Virus record (IMG/VR): IMGVR_UViG_3300046529_000616
Span: 3,216 to 67,215 of that record
Direction: 5' to 3' (one strand)
DNA from: a virus
Taxonomy: Duplodnaviria; Caudoviricetes
Length of the DNA stretch: 64,000 nucleotides
The notes under the pieces were generated by a model. That model searched no databases. It saw only the letters and a program-made list of their open reading frames with translations, and was not told where the DNA came from. A program made the translations under genes and the position numbers. This document shows positions 27,575 to 37,057 of this stretch, piece after piece; positions within the stretch are counted from its first letter, which is position 1; each line of letters begins with the position of its first letter.

Positions 27575-28164
27575 GAAAGCAGCTTCGCGTTATCGTACTT
27601 GCGGGACTATTGTCTGTCGGCCTTGTAGGGGTATTGCTAGCTCAGGTCACCAAAGTAAGCCCGGTTTTGGTGTTTACTTGCTCGGCGGGAAGTTTTGCGT
27701 CGGCCCTTGCGAACACGGGAATCTTTACCTGTTCTGCGGGGGTGACGGGAACCGGAACGTCCGGGACTGTTCCTCGATGGACCGGGACTTCAGCTCTTGG
27801 AAATTCGTCGTTTACCGATAATGGAACGACGACTACGTTTACTTCCGTGTTGGGAACGATTGTTACGGAAACAACGACTTCTCGAACCCTGGGTTCAACG
27901 GATTGTGGGAAATTGATTCGATATACAAACGGCTCGGCGATTGCGGTTACGGTTCCGAACTCACTTCCTGCTGGGTGTACGATTGCGGGAATGCAGATCG
28001 GGGCGGGACAGATAACTGTCAGCGCTGGGTCCGGCGCGACTTTTCTTGCTAATCCTCATGCTTATACGAAATCCTTTGGAGTCAATGCTGTTTTCGGGAT
28101 AAGCGTGGATACTAATTCTGGCGGGTCGGCTGCCACATTTACCTTCGTAGGAGATGGAGCATGA
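27571..28164 (+). CDS. Putative tail fibre/virion protein
   Basis: ATGA overlap; hydrophobic N-terminus; DCGKLIRYTN.SAIAVTVP...GAGQITV motif seen in phage fibre proteins. Confidence 0.55.
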   Translation: MRKQLRVIVLAGLLSVGLVGVLLAQVTKVSPVLVFTCSAGSFASALANTGIFTCSAGVTGTGTSGTVPRWTGTSALGNSSFTDNGTTTTFTSVLGTIVTETTTSRTLGSTDCGKLIRYTNGSAIAVTVPNSLPAGCTIAGMQIGAGQITVSAGSGATFLANPHAYTKSFGVNAVFGISVDTNSGGSAATFTFVGDGA

Positions 28165-29264
28165 GAAAGTTTCTGACGGTTCTGTTCGCCGGGCTCTTGT
28201 TGTTTGGAGTCGGCTCTGCCCAAGCAACGGTTCTGTTCGCCGGGAGCGAGGATATTGACTTTGTTCCCGCTGCCTCGTGTGGAGGGAACTGCTTTACTAC
28301 AACTGCCGGCGGAACTTTTCGGACTGCATATGCTCGGGGAGGCTTGGAGAATAACAGCTCCAGCGGCTCCGATCCGAACCCAATCCGCTGGGTGTCGCCG
28401 GTTTGGAACAGCACAACCGGAACTGCTTGGATACATGGGCAGTATTATTCCCAAACGACTACGTCTGTCTCCAGCGGCCAGTGGTTGATTGTTTATGCTT
28501 CCGATGGAAACCCGGCGATTATTGTCCGTGGAACTGGAACTGCGGGAACGGTCAAGATTTCAAAACGGTCTGTAGCTGGTTCGTTTACTGACTTGGTTAC
28601 TTGCTCGGCCACGATGCCGTCGAACAATTCGCTTCAGCAAATCGACTTGAATATTGTTTATGCTGTTTCGGGAAGCGTAACACTTTATAAAAACAGCGTT
28701 TCGATTTGCACTTTCAGCGGCGACGTAACAACCGACAGTCGAACTTTACTGAATCAGTTCGCTTTTGGAGCCCTGACGAATTCGGTTGATGTTTGGTCGG
28801 AATTAATCGTTGCCGATTCCGACACCCGAGCGATGAGCCTAGTCACTATGGAGCCCGCTGCCGCGGGAAATTCGAATGCTTGGACTGGTACGAATCCCTG
28901 TACCGCGATTGTTAATGTGTTTACAAACAACGATGCGAGCTTTATCAGCACAACGTCGAACAACGTGCTGAATCAATGTACGGTTAAGTTCGGCAACGCG
29001 AACACTTCCTTTCCGAGTGGAAGTTTCACGCTCAATGCTGTTGTGACTTCGCTTCGTGCGTTGCGGGGGTCGTCTGGGCCGCAACATATTGAACACAATT
29101 TGCGAACCGGAGGTGTCGACTCCAATACATCAGATGTCACGTTGACAACCAGTTTCGCCAATTACTATAACATTTGGGCGACAAATCCAAATGGTGGTGG
29201 CGCTTGGGCTGTGTCGGATGTGACCGCGGCTGGGTTCAACATTGGTGTGAAGAGCACTCCATGA
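28161..29264 (+). CDS. Putative virion/adhesin protein with signal-like N-terminus
   Basis: 367 aa, S/T/N/G-rich; ATGA overlap. Confidence 0.55.
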   Translation: MRKFLTVLFAGLLLFGVGSAQATVLFAGSEDIDFVPAASCGGNCFTTTAGGTFRTAYARGGLENNSSSGSDPNPIRWVSPVWNSTTGTAWIHGQYYSQTTTSVSSGQWLIVYASDGNPAIIVRGTGTAGTVKISKRSVAGSFTDLVTCSATMPSNNSLQQIDLNIVYAVSGSVTLYKNSVSICTFSGDVTTDSRTLLNQFAFGALTNSVDVWSELIVADSDTRAMSLVTMEPAAAGNSNAWTGTNPCTAIVNVFTNNDASFISTTSNNVLNQCTVKFGNANTSFPSGSFTLNAVVTSLRALRGSSGPQHIEHNLRTGGVDSNTSDVTLTTSFANYYNIWATNPNGGGAWAVSDVTAAGFNIGVKSTP

Positions 29265-29515
29265 AACTGTTTCTTCTGGCTCTTGTTGTAGTGATTGTGG
29301 CTGCAACACCTTCTTTGGCACAGACGCAAGTTGAGGTCACGAAGGAGAATGGCCTTGGAGTTGTGGAGAATGTTGACGCTAGAAATAGTAAAATGAGTTC
29401 TTCAGGTGTTGTTGAAAATGTGGCTGGCAATGCAACCAAGCACATTGGGTATGCAGTCATCACAACTGCTACCCCCTCCGGGAACGTGTTTGTTCCGCCG
29501 TTTACGCATCCGTAA
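29261..29515 (+). CDS. Hypothetical protein with signal-like N-terminus
   Basis: ATGA overlap; MKLFLLALVVVIVAA start. Confidence 0.55.
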   Translation: MKLFLLALVVVIVAATPSLAQTQVEVTKENGLGVVENVDARNSKMSSSGVVENVAGNATKHIGYAVITTATPSGNVFVPPFTHP

Positions 29516-29535
29516 GAAGGAAAGGAGTCTGAATC

Positions 29536-30246
29536 ATGGCCGATATGACCCTTGTTGACGTGAGTCACTGGCAGTTGGAGCTTGATCCTTCCCGGCCGGA
29601 TCATCGGTTGATGGACTGGGACAAGGCGGTTCAAGCCGGGCTTGTTGGAGCGATTGTCAAATATACTCAGGGAACCAATGGGCGGGACGCCCTGGCTTAC
29701 AAGCATTCCTGGGCGGCGTATCAGGCGAAAGTTCCGCTTCTCGGCTGTTACCATTTCGGCTCTGGTTCCGACGGCGAGATCCAAGCCAACAATTTCCTGG
29801 ACTATGTCCACGGCGACTATGGGCCGGATCTGACTGGACTCATGCTCATGCTCGATGCAGAACAGAATCCAGGCAATCAGATGACGGTCAAAATTGCCGA
29901 ACGGTTCGTGTTTGCTATTCATGAGGCAGAAGGTCGGTGGCCCTGGATTTACATGGGTAAGGATGGTCCCGAAGGTAACGGCAACGGGCTACCGAGTGAG
30001 ATACTGAGTCAGTGCCCGCTTTTGGTCGCGGCATATGGTCCCCACGATAACGACTTGGGAAAATACATGCCCCGGGGATTCTCGATGCCGACGGATACAG
30101 TTGTCCGCGCTGGGGTTTGTCGAGCTTGGCAGTTTACCGATGGAACGCATCATGGCGGCCCGTTTCCGGGACTCGGGCGAGTCGATCAGAGCAAATTCAT
30201 CGGGATTGAGACTCTTGACCAGGCCCGAGCGATTTGGGCGAGTTGA
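29536..30246 (+). CDS. Endolysin, glycoside hydrolase family 25
   Basis: VDVSHWQ, GCYHF, LDAE and AWQFTDG...VDQS GH25 motifs. Confidence 0.9.
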   Translation: MADMTLVDVSHWQLELDPSRPDHRLMDWDKAVQAGLVGAIVKYTQGTNGRDALAYKHSWAAYQAKVPLLGCYHFGSGSDGEIQANNFLDYVHGDYGPDLTGLMLMLDAEQNPGNQMTVKIAERFVFAIHEAEGRWPWIYMGKDGPEGNGNGLPSEILSQCPLLVAAYGPHDNDLGKYMPRGFSMPTDTVVRAGVCRAWQFTDGTHHGGPFPGLGRVDQSKFIGIETLDQARAIWAS

Positions 30247-30270
30247 ACTCCAGAAAAAGGAATCACGTTC

Positions 30271-30672
30271 ATGGCACCGGCAAAACTTTCCTTTGTTAGC
30301 AATCTCCTAACCAGTAAGATTTTTCTAACCCAACTTGTTACTCTTGTTGCGATGATCGCAAGCGCGGCAGGGTATCATGTTATCGACTCTCCAGGTGTTC
30401 AGGAACAGATTATTACGTTCTTGGACATTGCGTTTACGATTCTTTTCCGACTCTATTCCTCTGGCCCTGTGGCAGTTTTTGGCCCGTTCTCGACTCCAAC
30501 TCAACAAGATGTCCCTGCTGGAGCCAGTGTGGTTTCTGTGCCGGCGCCAAAGGATCAGACTCAAACAACTAATGTCCAGCAACTTCCGTTGGGGATTTCG
30601 GAGGTTGAAGTCCATGAGCCTCCGCCTCATGCGAGAACTGATGCGGTTCCTGCTTCGGTTACGATCCACTAA
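30271..30672 (+). CDS. Holin candidate
   Basis: Two N-terminal TM segments, immediately downstream of the endolysin. Confidence 0.5.
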   Translation: MAPAKLSFVSNLLTSKIFLTQLVTLVAMIASAAGYHVIDSPGVQEQIITFLDIAFTILFRLYSSGPVAVFGPFSTPTQQDVPAGASVVSVPAPKDQTQTTNVQQLPLGISEVEVHEPPPHARTDAVPASVTIH

Positions 30673-31079
30673 TGGACGGCCAGCCTGGAAAAATAAATTG
30701 GATCTCGCTGATTGGAACTGGAGCTGTTATCCTTGCCCAGCTTCTAGCAGTCGTGGTTTGGCTGGTCAGCGAACACAGTGCGCGGGTTGAGCTGGAACAT
30801 CGCTTCAATACATACCAGTCGGATGAGTCGGAGCGCCTTACAGCTATCATGCGGACGTTTGACCAAAAGCAGGAAAATCAAGACGCTATAACAACCAGGC
30901 TGGAGGCTTGGGTTAGCCGACTTGATAGTCAAGGTGGGCGTCAGCTTGGGATCGTGACAGAGAAGCAGAATTTGATTCTGGAAATCATCAAACGGTTGCA
31001 AGGCGATGTTGATGATTTGCGGAAGCGGGAGAAACAAGGCGGAGACTTTGACAAGTTTCATGAGGTATTAAACAAGTAG
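30672..31079 (+). CDS. Membrane-anchored coiled-coil protein (lysis region)
   Basis: One N-terminal TM followed by a heptad-rich segment. Confidence 0.55.
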   Translation: MDGQPGKINWISLIGTGAVILAQLLAVVVWLVSEHSARVELEHRFNTYQSDESERLTAIMRTFDQKQENQDAITTRLEAWVSRLDSQGGRQLGIVTEKQNLILEIIKRLQGDVDDLRKREKQGGDFDKFHEVLNK

Positions 31080-31101
31080 TTACTTGAGCGGGGCTGTTCT
31101 A

Positions 31102-31362
31102 ATGGACTGGCAATCTCTCCTTGCTGTGGGGGCGCTTGTTGTAGCGGTCTTCACAGCTTTGTCGAGAAGTCTCGACAAGTCGCTTTCGATCCGGGAACAC
31201 GAAGAGTTCCGAAACTCGATTAAGGGGGACATTGCCCAGGTCCGAGAAGATTACCACCGTGACGATGCGAGGATCGAGGCGAGGATAGTGTTAATCGAAC
31301 AGACTCGACCGACAACGGGTGAGTTGGAAGCGCGCATCGACTCGAGAAAGGACAGAGGCTAA
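31102..31362 (+). CDS. Small membrane-anchored protein (lysis region)
   Basis: MDWQSLLAVGALVVAVF TM followed by a charged tail. Confidence 0.55.
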   Translation: MDWQSLLAVGALVVAVFTALSRSLDKSLSIREHEEFRNSIKGDIAQVREDYHRDDARIEARIVLIEQTRPTTGELEARIDSRKDRG

Positions 31363-31514
31363 TGGATATTATCTTAATCGTTTTGGTCTTGGTTTTGCTG
31401 TTTGGCGGAGGTTTCGGCTTTCGCCAATGGGGAACAGGAGGCGGAATTGGAATTGGAGGCTTGTTGCTTCTGGTTCTGATTCTTTACCTTCTGTTCGGTC
31501 ACGGAAGGCTCTAG
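31362..31514 (+). CDS. DUF3309-like small membrane protein (50 aa)
   Basis: MDIILIVLVLVLLFGGGFGFRQWGTGGGIGIGGLLLLVLILYLLFGHGRL*; ATG overlaps the upstream TAA. Confidence 0.7.
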   Translation: MDIILIVLVLVLLFGGGFGFRQWGTGGGIGIGGLLLLVLILYLLFGHGRL

Positions 31515-31523
31515 GGAAAGGAA

Positions 31524-31898
31524 ATGGTTATGAAAAAGGAAATGAGAATTGTTGCCGTAACAACCCTGCTTGGACTCTCTGCTTGTCAGAATCTGGGTTC
31601 TGCTCCTAGCTCGCAGGGTGCTCAGGAGGCGATCAGCTCCAATCCTGTTGTTTCGTCAACGGTCCTGGGAGCGGAGCAAACGTTGACTCTGCTCGAACGT
31701 GCTGCGGACGTTTATGTCAAACTTCCTCGGTGTGGGTCTGGAGCATCCCTTTGTTCTGACTCAGGAATCGTGAAGAAGATCCGGGAACTGGACATTAAGG
31801 CTTATGATGCTGTGATGGCAGCGAGAAACAATGAAGCCCTTGCTGGGATGGCCTGGGCGGCGGTAAACGCCTTCAAAGCCGTTGTTCCAGGAGCCTAA
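31524..31898 (+). CDS. Lipoprotein (o-spanin candidate)
   Basis: Signal peptide with lipobox LSAC; two further Cys. Confidence 0.6.
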   Translation: MVMKKEMRIVAVTTLLGLSACQNLGSAPSSQGAQEAISSNPVVSSTVLGAEQTLTLLERAADVYVKLPRCGSGASLCSDSGIVKKIRELDIKAYDAVMAARNNEALAGMAWAAVNAFKAVVPGA

Positions 31899-31936
31899 AA
31901 GAACCTTTCATCTAAAACTCTATCTGGAGACTCAAC

Positions 31937-32155
31937 ATGGGTGCCATTGCAACGGTCCTGCCTCTGGTCCTTGAGGCATTGAAGCTCGCTCCGACTCTGG
32001 TCTCTACCGGCCAACAGGTCTATGACGGGGCGAAGGCGATCTGGGACGGGGTCTCGGCGCAGGAAGTTCCGACTCCCGAGCAACAGGCTCAGGTCGATGC
32101 GGCCCTGGCCGAGTCACATGCGGCTCTGATGGCCGACAGTTCCGACCAGGCTTGA
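31937..32155 (+). CDS. Hypothetical protein
   Basis: RBS GGAG; amphipathic N-terminus. Confidence 0.6.
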   Translation: MGAIATVLPLVLEALKLAPTLVSTGQQVYDGAKAIWDGVSAQEVPTPEQQAQVDAALAESHAALMADSSDQA

Positions 32156-32169
32156 TCTGAAACGATTCA

Positions 32170-32622
32170 ATGTCAGATCAAGCAAGAAACGAGCGCCGGG
32201 CGGAAGCAACAACTCAGAGTGAAATGGACACGAAAGAACGTTTGGTCCGCCTGGAAGCCGGCAGCAAATATACCATAGTTGAGGTAGAAAGGGTAAGAGA
32301 TCGGGTCCACGAACTTGTCGAGACGTTGGCGCCCCTGGTTCTTTTGGCCGAAGAGGCTAAAGAGACTCGGGACATGATGACGAAGAATCTTGAGAAGATA
32401 ATGGGGAAGATCGGCCCGATTCCGGTCGATCATGCGAAGTTGGCGATCACGGTCGCGGCGCATGTTGAGCAATGCACTCGCGATAAGGCCCAGACTACTG
32501 AAGCAATTACCGAGTTGAAAAAGACGGTGGAGGTAATTTCCAAGACCGTCTGGAAGGCTATGGGGGCCGCGACGGCGTTTTGGTTGGTGATTACCATAGC
32601 GATCGCAATTTGGAAACGGTAG
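32170..32622 (+). CDS. Coiled-coil protein with C-terminal TM
   Basis: Heptad-rich body ending WKAMGAATAFWLVITIAIAIWKR. Confidence 0.6.
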   Translation: MSDQARNERRAEATTQSEMDTKERLVRLEAGSKYTIVEVERVRDRVHELVETLAPLVLLAEEAKETRDMMTKNLEKIMGKIGPIPVDHAKLAITVAAHVEQCTRDKAQTTEAITELKKTVEVISKTVWKAMGAATAFWLVITIAIAIWKR

Positions 32623-32625
32623 GGA

Positions 32626-32668
32626 GAAGGGGAAGGAAACAGACTCCTTTCCCTTCCTCTCTTTCTTT
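32626..32668 (+). terminator. Intrinsic terminator between convergent gene blocks
   Basis: 12-bp stem GAAGGGGAAGGA/TCCTTTCCCTTC followed by CTCTCTTTCTTT. Confidence 0.7.
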
Positions 32669-33974
32669 ATACTATTCCGGGCGAATATGGATCGGACGTG
32701 GCGGCAATTAGAGTCCCCAGGACGGTCCAGACGGTAGAAAATGTGCCCGAGGTTCCGAGTTTTGGAACTATTACAGTCTGTTGTGGAAGCCCCAGGGTGA
32801 AAGAATCTATATCACCCGAGCAGTAAATCTGCGGTGGGGTTCCGAGTGCCAACCAACCTGTACCACCGATTCTAACTGCGCTGCCGTCAAGGTAGCTGAA
32901 GTTGGACAGAGCCGCTGGGAAGTTTGCCGGATAGCTTCCGGGGCTCACCAGAAGATATAGTTCCGCCAAAGCTCCGGGGACTCCAGCTCCCACAATCGGA
33001 TCTGCTCCGACCCAGGCTTGACAACCTGTGTAGTCGGTATTAAACGGAATGGGCAAATAGCCCGCGTCATAGTTGGCAATTATTGCATATTGCGACGCGG
33101 AAATGTTGGTATAGTTGATTCCAGGAGAATTATTTACCTGGTAAGTTGGAAGTCCTGCGGTGAAGCCGATTTGCCGCGGAACTGCGTTGCCGGAGAAAAT
33201 AGAAATTTGTCCCCCGCCGCCAACTGTTTGGGAATAGACCTTGCCCGCCACAGTTGCTGACTCAGTGACCGTCGCCCCTCCGGCCAAGCCGAACGTTGTG
33301 GACAGGGACATATTGTAGCTTTTGATCTTTCCTCCATTGTGGGTTGTTGGGAAGGTATAACTTCCGTTGGAATAGCCGACTTCGGGATCGTGAACCTCAT
33401 TGAACAGATACGCTTGGGGATAGACTGATTGGGAGTCTCCAGGAACATGGGGAAGTGATCCAGACAACGGAGCGTTGGGTGATGAAAAGAAGGAATAGTT
33501 CCCACCCAGACCAGTTGGAACTCCATACGGACCCCATTGGAAATTGACTGGTCCGGGATTTGGTGGTGGGTTCATGGGAGGATTGACTAGTTGAGTCCGA
33601 TCGACCCAGGCTTTGACGACTGGACTGCCGCCGGAAGTGTCCCAGACTATTTGAACTTCGTGCCAGAGATTGTCGACTGGAAGTGGATTGTTGACCCAGG
33701 TAATTGCCAACAAGCCCCCGGTAAAGTTTCCGGGAGTTTGGTAAGTTGTGAAGGCGAGATACCAAGCCGAGCCGCGCTTGGTCAGGACAATCACGGTTGC
33801 GTAGTCTGTTCCTTTCCACAGACTCATAACCGGAGCATAAACCGCGCTTCCGACGGAGAACAGGTTAAAGAAAAAGGACGCACAACCTTGGGCGGAATTG
33901 GCCGGGAGTCCGAAAGCGGTTCCCAGGGCAAGGGACTTGAGTCCGCCAGTGTGAAAGTCTACTGCATCAGACAT
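32667..33974 (-). CDS. LamG/lectin-like putative adhesin (paralogue 1)
   Basis: ATG 33974 with RBS GAAAGG; WHEVQIVWD, ALAELYL...PPQIYCSG...TSDP motifs; G/T/S/P-rich. Confidence 0.55.
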   Translation of the reverse strand: MSDAVDFHTGGLKSLALGTAFGLPANSAQGCASFFFNLFSVGSAVYAPVMSLWKGTDYATVIVLTKRGSAWYLAFTTYQTPGNFTGGLLAITWVNNPLPVDNLWHEVQIVWDTSGGSPVVKAWVDRTQLVNPPMNPPPNPGPVNFQWGPYGVPTGLGGNYSFFSSPNAPLSGSLPHVPGDSQSVYPQAYLFNEVHDPEVGYSNGSYTFPTTHNGGKIKSYNMSLSTTFGLAGGATVTESATVAGKVYSQTVGGGGQISIFSGNAVPRQIGFTAGLPTYQVNNSPGINYTNISASQYAIIANYDAGYLPIPFNTDYTGCQAWVGADPIVGAGVPGALAELYLLVSPGSYPANFPAALSNFSYLDGSAVRIGGTGWLALGTPPQIYCSGDIDSFTLGLPQQTVIVPKLGTSGTFSTVWTVLGTLIAATSDPYSPGIV

Positions 33975-33987
33975 GGAACTTGACCTT

Positions 33988-34971
33988 TCAGATGAATAGC
34001 GGATCGCCGTCGCCAGAACCGAGCACGCCGCCGGTTCCGTAACGGAGGAATTTGGATGAGGGAATTGGCCCTGGACCACCACCTGGACCGAAGCCCATCA
34101 GGGAATGATTTGGGTCGGAATGGTTGGCGGCGAAAGCATCTGGATTTCCGCCCTTGAGATAAACGGGCGGAATGCCCCAGGCAGGGAGGCCGATGACTCC
34201 AGAGTTTGGATATCGGATTGGTTGGCCCGGAGGAAATGGGCCGTTGCCGTCGAAGCCGACCCTTCCTGCGGCGAGTTGGTTTCCGGCAAGGACTTGTAAA
34301 TAGGCCGAAGCCATGAGTCCGAAAGGTACAACAACCCCTGAAGTCGTACCATCGTCGCCCGGCCCTTGGTGGACTCGGAACTGGAATGGAGTGAACCAGA
34401 GTTCGCTGAGGTTTCCCTTCATCGGAAGCATTTCGGTTGGGTTGGGTGTGAAGATATCTTGTCCGACAGCGAAGGCGGTGTTTCGCCAGAGGATGCCGCC
34501 GCCGGCGATTATTGACCCAGAGACATAGGCCAATTCGACCGGAGTTAGATTGTGGGTGACTTCGATCGCGCTGTTGAAGTTACCGGAATTGATCCCACTG
34601 AAAATGTTGGTGGATACTTGGACCGCGTTCCAGGTGTCGGTATGGTTGAGGATTCCCGTCGTACTTTGAACAATGGCCGCCGGGCCGGTGCCGTCGCCAA
34701 CAGAAATGTTCAACTTTGGATGAAGCCCGGTTAGATCGTGCCAGACCTTGATGATTAAGTCTCGCCCGGTTAGGAGAGAGCTTCGGACCACGAAGACGGT
34801 TCCGCCCCGCCCGATTGGGAAAGCACGGATTCTATACCAATACGACAAAACCGTGTTGGTATAGTTTCCTGCTGGTGGCGGTCCAACCGGTGGAAGAATA
34901 GAAGTAAGTCCACCATCATTGTAAAGCGCGGTCCAGCTTCCATCTGGTGCGTCGCCGAAGAACACACTCAT
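33988..34971 (-). CDS. LamG/lectin-like putative adhesin (paralogue 2)
   Basis: WNAVQVS, NLSELWF...PPVYLKGG...GDP motifs parallel those of paralogue 1. Confidence 0.55.
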   Translation of the reverse strand: MSVFFGDAPDGSWTALYNDGGLTSILPPVGPPPAGNYTNTVLSYWYRIRAFPIGRGGTVFVVRSSLLTGRDLIIKVWHDLTGLHPKLNISVGDGTGPAAIVQSTTGILNHTDTWNAVQVSTNIFSGINSGNFNSAIEVTHNLTPVELAYVSGSIIAGGGILWRNTAFAVGQDIFTPNPTEMLPMKGNLSELWFTPFQFRVHQGPGDDGTTSGVVVPFGLMASAYLQVLAGNQLAAGRVGFDGNGPFPPGQPIRYPNSGVIGLPAWGIPPVYLKGGNPDAFAANHSDPNHSLMGFGPGGGPGPIPSSKFLRYGTGGVLGSGDGDPLFI

Positions 34972-35399
34972 GACTCGTTGTCCTTTTTCGAGAAGGAAGA
35001 ATAATCGGGGTTTGGCGGGGCTTTTGAGTCCCAGGAAACGGAAGGTTGAGTCCACCAGTCGCCAAGTTGGCGCCCCGAGGGAGGTTTTTCCTTTGGAGAG
35101 TCGGCAAGGTTGGAGGATGGTAGAGTTCCTTCGTTCTTGAGCCAGTGGTAGGTTTCAAGAAGTTCCTTGGTCGATTTACTTAGCCAGAACTTTTGGGCGG
35201 CTTCGTTCAGTTTATCGACTCGAAGGATGTAGATGATCGGGGATTGTTCCATCGGAACACCCTTCTGATCCCGGGCCACTTTTCGAGTCAGATGAGGTTC
35301 GAGGAGGTCGTAATAGATTCCTGCGACCTCTTTTCCCCCAGCTCCACGTTCGATGACGAAGAAGATTTTTTCTCCAGTAGGCGCAACTGGCTCGGTCAT
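34968..35399 (-). CDS. Hypothetical protein
   Basis: ATGA overlaps at both ends. Confidence 0.6.
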   Translation of the reverse strand: MTEPVAPTGEKIFFVIERGAGGKEVAGIYYDLLEPHLTRKVARDQKGVPMEQSPIIYILRVDKLNEAAQKFWLSKSTKELLETYHWLKNEGTLPSSNLADSPKEKPPSGRQLGDWWTQPSVSWDSKAPPNPDYSSFSKKDNES

Positions 35400-35638
35400 T
35401 GGCCTTCCTTCCATCTTTGTAAGTCTTCTCGAGTCATACACTGAGGCCCAAGGATTTTGCCAATGAGGCGAAACTCTCTAGTGGTTGGAGTCCAGAATAT
35501 TCGCCCACAATGGCAGCGGAACTTTTTGGTATTGGGGCGAAACAGGTCCAGAATCAGGAAATCACTTGCACAGCGGTTGCAAGTTACCAAGGGCATCTCT
35601 TCCCAATTTCGGATAATTGGTGGTGGGTCTTGTTTCAT
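35396..35638 (-). CDS. Zn-ribbon hypothetical protein
   Basis: CNRC...CHC; ATG 35638 overlaps the upstream TGA. Confidence 0.6.
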   Translation of the reverse strand: MKQDPPPIIRNWEEMPLVTCNRCASDFLILDLFRPNTKKFRCHCGRIFWTPTTREFRLIGKILGPQCMTREDLQRWKEGQ

Positions 35639-35838
35639 TCTGCGTGGCGGATACAGCAGAAGACTTGGGCGCCGAGGGAATTGGACCAACAACGGCACCG
35701 TTGCCAAGGTGGAATTAGCATCCCGTCGGTTTGCCTAGGACAAAGGAGCCCGTCGAAAGGAAGAGTCAGGTTCATGTTCAGAACTTCCTTCATATCGCCG
35801 TCTTTAGAACAGCGTAGCCCGTCGAGAATTGTTCGCAT
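35635..35838 (-). CDS. Cys-rich hypothetical protein
   Basis: AGGAG RBS before ATG 35838; 67 aa. Confidence 0.55.
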   Translation of the reverse strand: MRTILDGLRCSKDGDMKEVLNMNLTLPFDGLLCPRQTDGMLIPPWQRCRCWSNSLGAQVFCCIRHAE

Positions 35839-35848
35839 CAACTGACTC

Positions 35849-37033
35849 CTAAAGCGGATTGGGAATCCATTCACCGGGGAGAAGGCTTCGTCGGATTCGT
35901 CCAGTTTTCTCCATAGCGGTTATCAAACTGCTAATCTTATCATGGGGGCATTTGTCTTCAAAAACCTTCCAGAGTTCCCGGTCGGAAATAGGTTTGCGTT
36001 GCTTTTCGTCGATGTTGTTGTATTTGACATAGATTGTGTGGTGTGCGTCTTGAAGTAATTGGGTGTCGGATTTCTGCGCCATCGCACGAAACACGTCGGG
36101 CATGGTTTCTTCAGCTTCGAAAAGCCATTTCTGGGCTCTTCGAAAGTCGAACTCGGTTACGATTTGTCCGTGACCACCCGCAGCAGCGGAGATCATGGCG
36201 AGTTTCATAATATGGACATCTCTCCGGCCCTTGTAATTTACCAGTCTTCCGTAGGTTGGCACTGGCGCCATCTTTTCGATGTTGAACCAGGTTTCCATTG
36301 CGGTCTGGGCTGGCGGTTCCCATTCGACTTCACCGTGAAGTTCGTCGTACATTTCTTTGAGACCGATTTCGAGGCTGGAAACATCTACGTTCTTTCGCTT
36401 TTTGAAAATGTGTCGGGTTTGCTCTGGAGCAGTACCATAGATAAAGACGAGTCGGGAAGTGAAGCCCTGGCCCCAAGCTGACTCGGGAATGATGTCGCCT
36501 ATGGCATCGGGGGTGGCGGCGGCCAGGATGTTAACTGTGGGGGCTTCGACATTAATTGATTTGGACACTCTTCTTGGCGCGTCGAAGGTATCGGGATTGT
36601 CGTAAAGAGTGGTTAGGTTTGCAACGAAATCTTTGTCGTATTTGGAAATAAGAACTCCGAGTTCCATGCACATAACAGACATGGCAGAGTACATGTCCAT
36701 GCCCATTCCATTGATGGACATTTTGGTTGATTTTTCCAAATAGTCGAGAAAAGCTGCCGGAGAGGGATTGTCGGGACCGAGAAAAATTCCCACCGGCCCG
36801 GCAAGTTTAGCGAGGAGTCGTTTGGCAAACGTGACCATGAGGGTTTTTCCCGACGCCGGACCACCAGATAAAATCGTATACATGTTGGGATAAAGTCGGT
36901 CCTGATCTGTTTCGATCCAGACCCTTCGTTCCAGGACCGAGGAAATTGTAGTTATGGCTGTCCATAACCGAAACGATTCGGGCGAGCGGATGCCCTCAGT
37001 TAACGACATGAACTCGTCGATCCAGTCGGTCAA
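35849..37033 (-). CDS. DUF3987-family P-loop ATPase (putative replicative helicase)
   Basis: SPESFRLWTAI...RRVW, LYPNMY and Walker A GGPASGKT; GQGFTSRLVF. Confidence 0.75.
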   Translation of the reverse strand: MTDWIDEFMSLTEGIRSPESFRLWTAITTISSVLERRVWIETDQDRLYPNMYTILSGGPASGKTLMVTFAKRLLAKLAGPVGIFLGPDNPSPAAFLDYLEKSTKMSINGMGMDMYSAMSVMCMELGVLISKYDKDFVANLTTLYDNPDTFDAPRRVSKSINVEAPTVNILAAATPDAIGDIIPESAWGQGFTSRLVFIYGTAPEQTRHIFKKRKNVDVSSLEIGLKEMYDELHGEVEWEPPAQTAMETWFNIEKMAPVPTYGRLVNYKGRRDVHIMKLAMISAAAGGHGQIVTEFDFRRAQKWLFEAEETMPDVFRAMAQKSDTQLLQDAHHTIYVKYNNIDEKQRKPISDRELWKVFEDKCPHDKISSLITAMEKTGRIRRSLLPGEWIPNPL

Positions 37034-37057
37034 AGTTCGGAACCTTTATTTGTCTTG

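Noticed and set aside
27092-34971. Diversity-generating retroelement acting on fibre genes
   Set aside because: No reverse transcriptase and no template/variable repeat pair seen.
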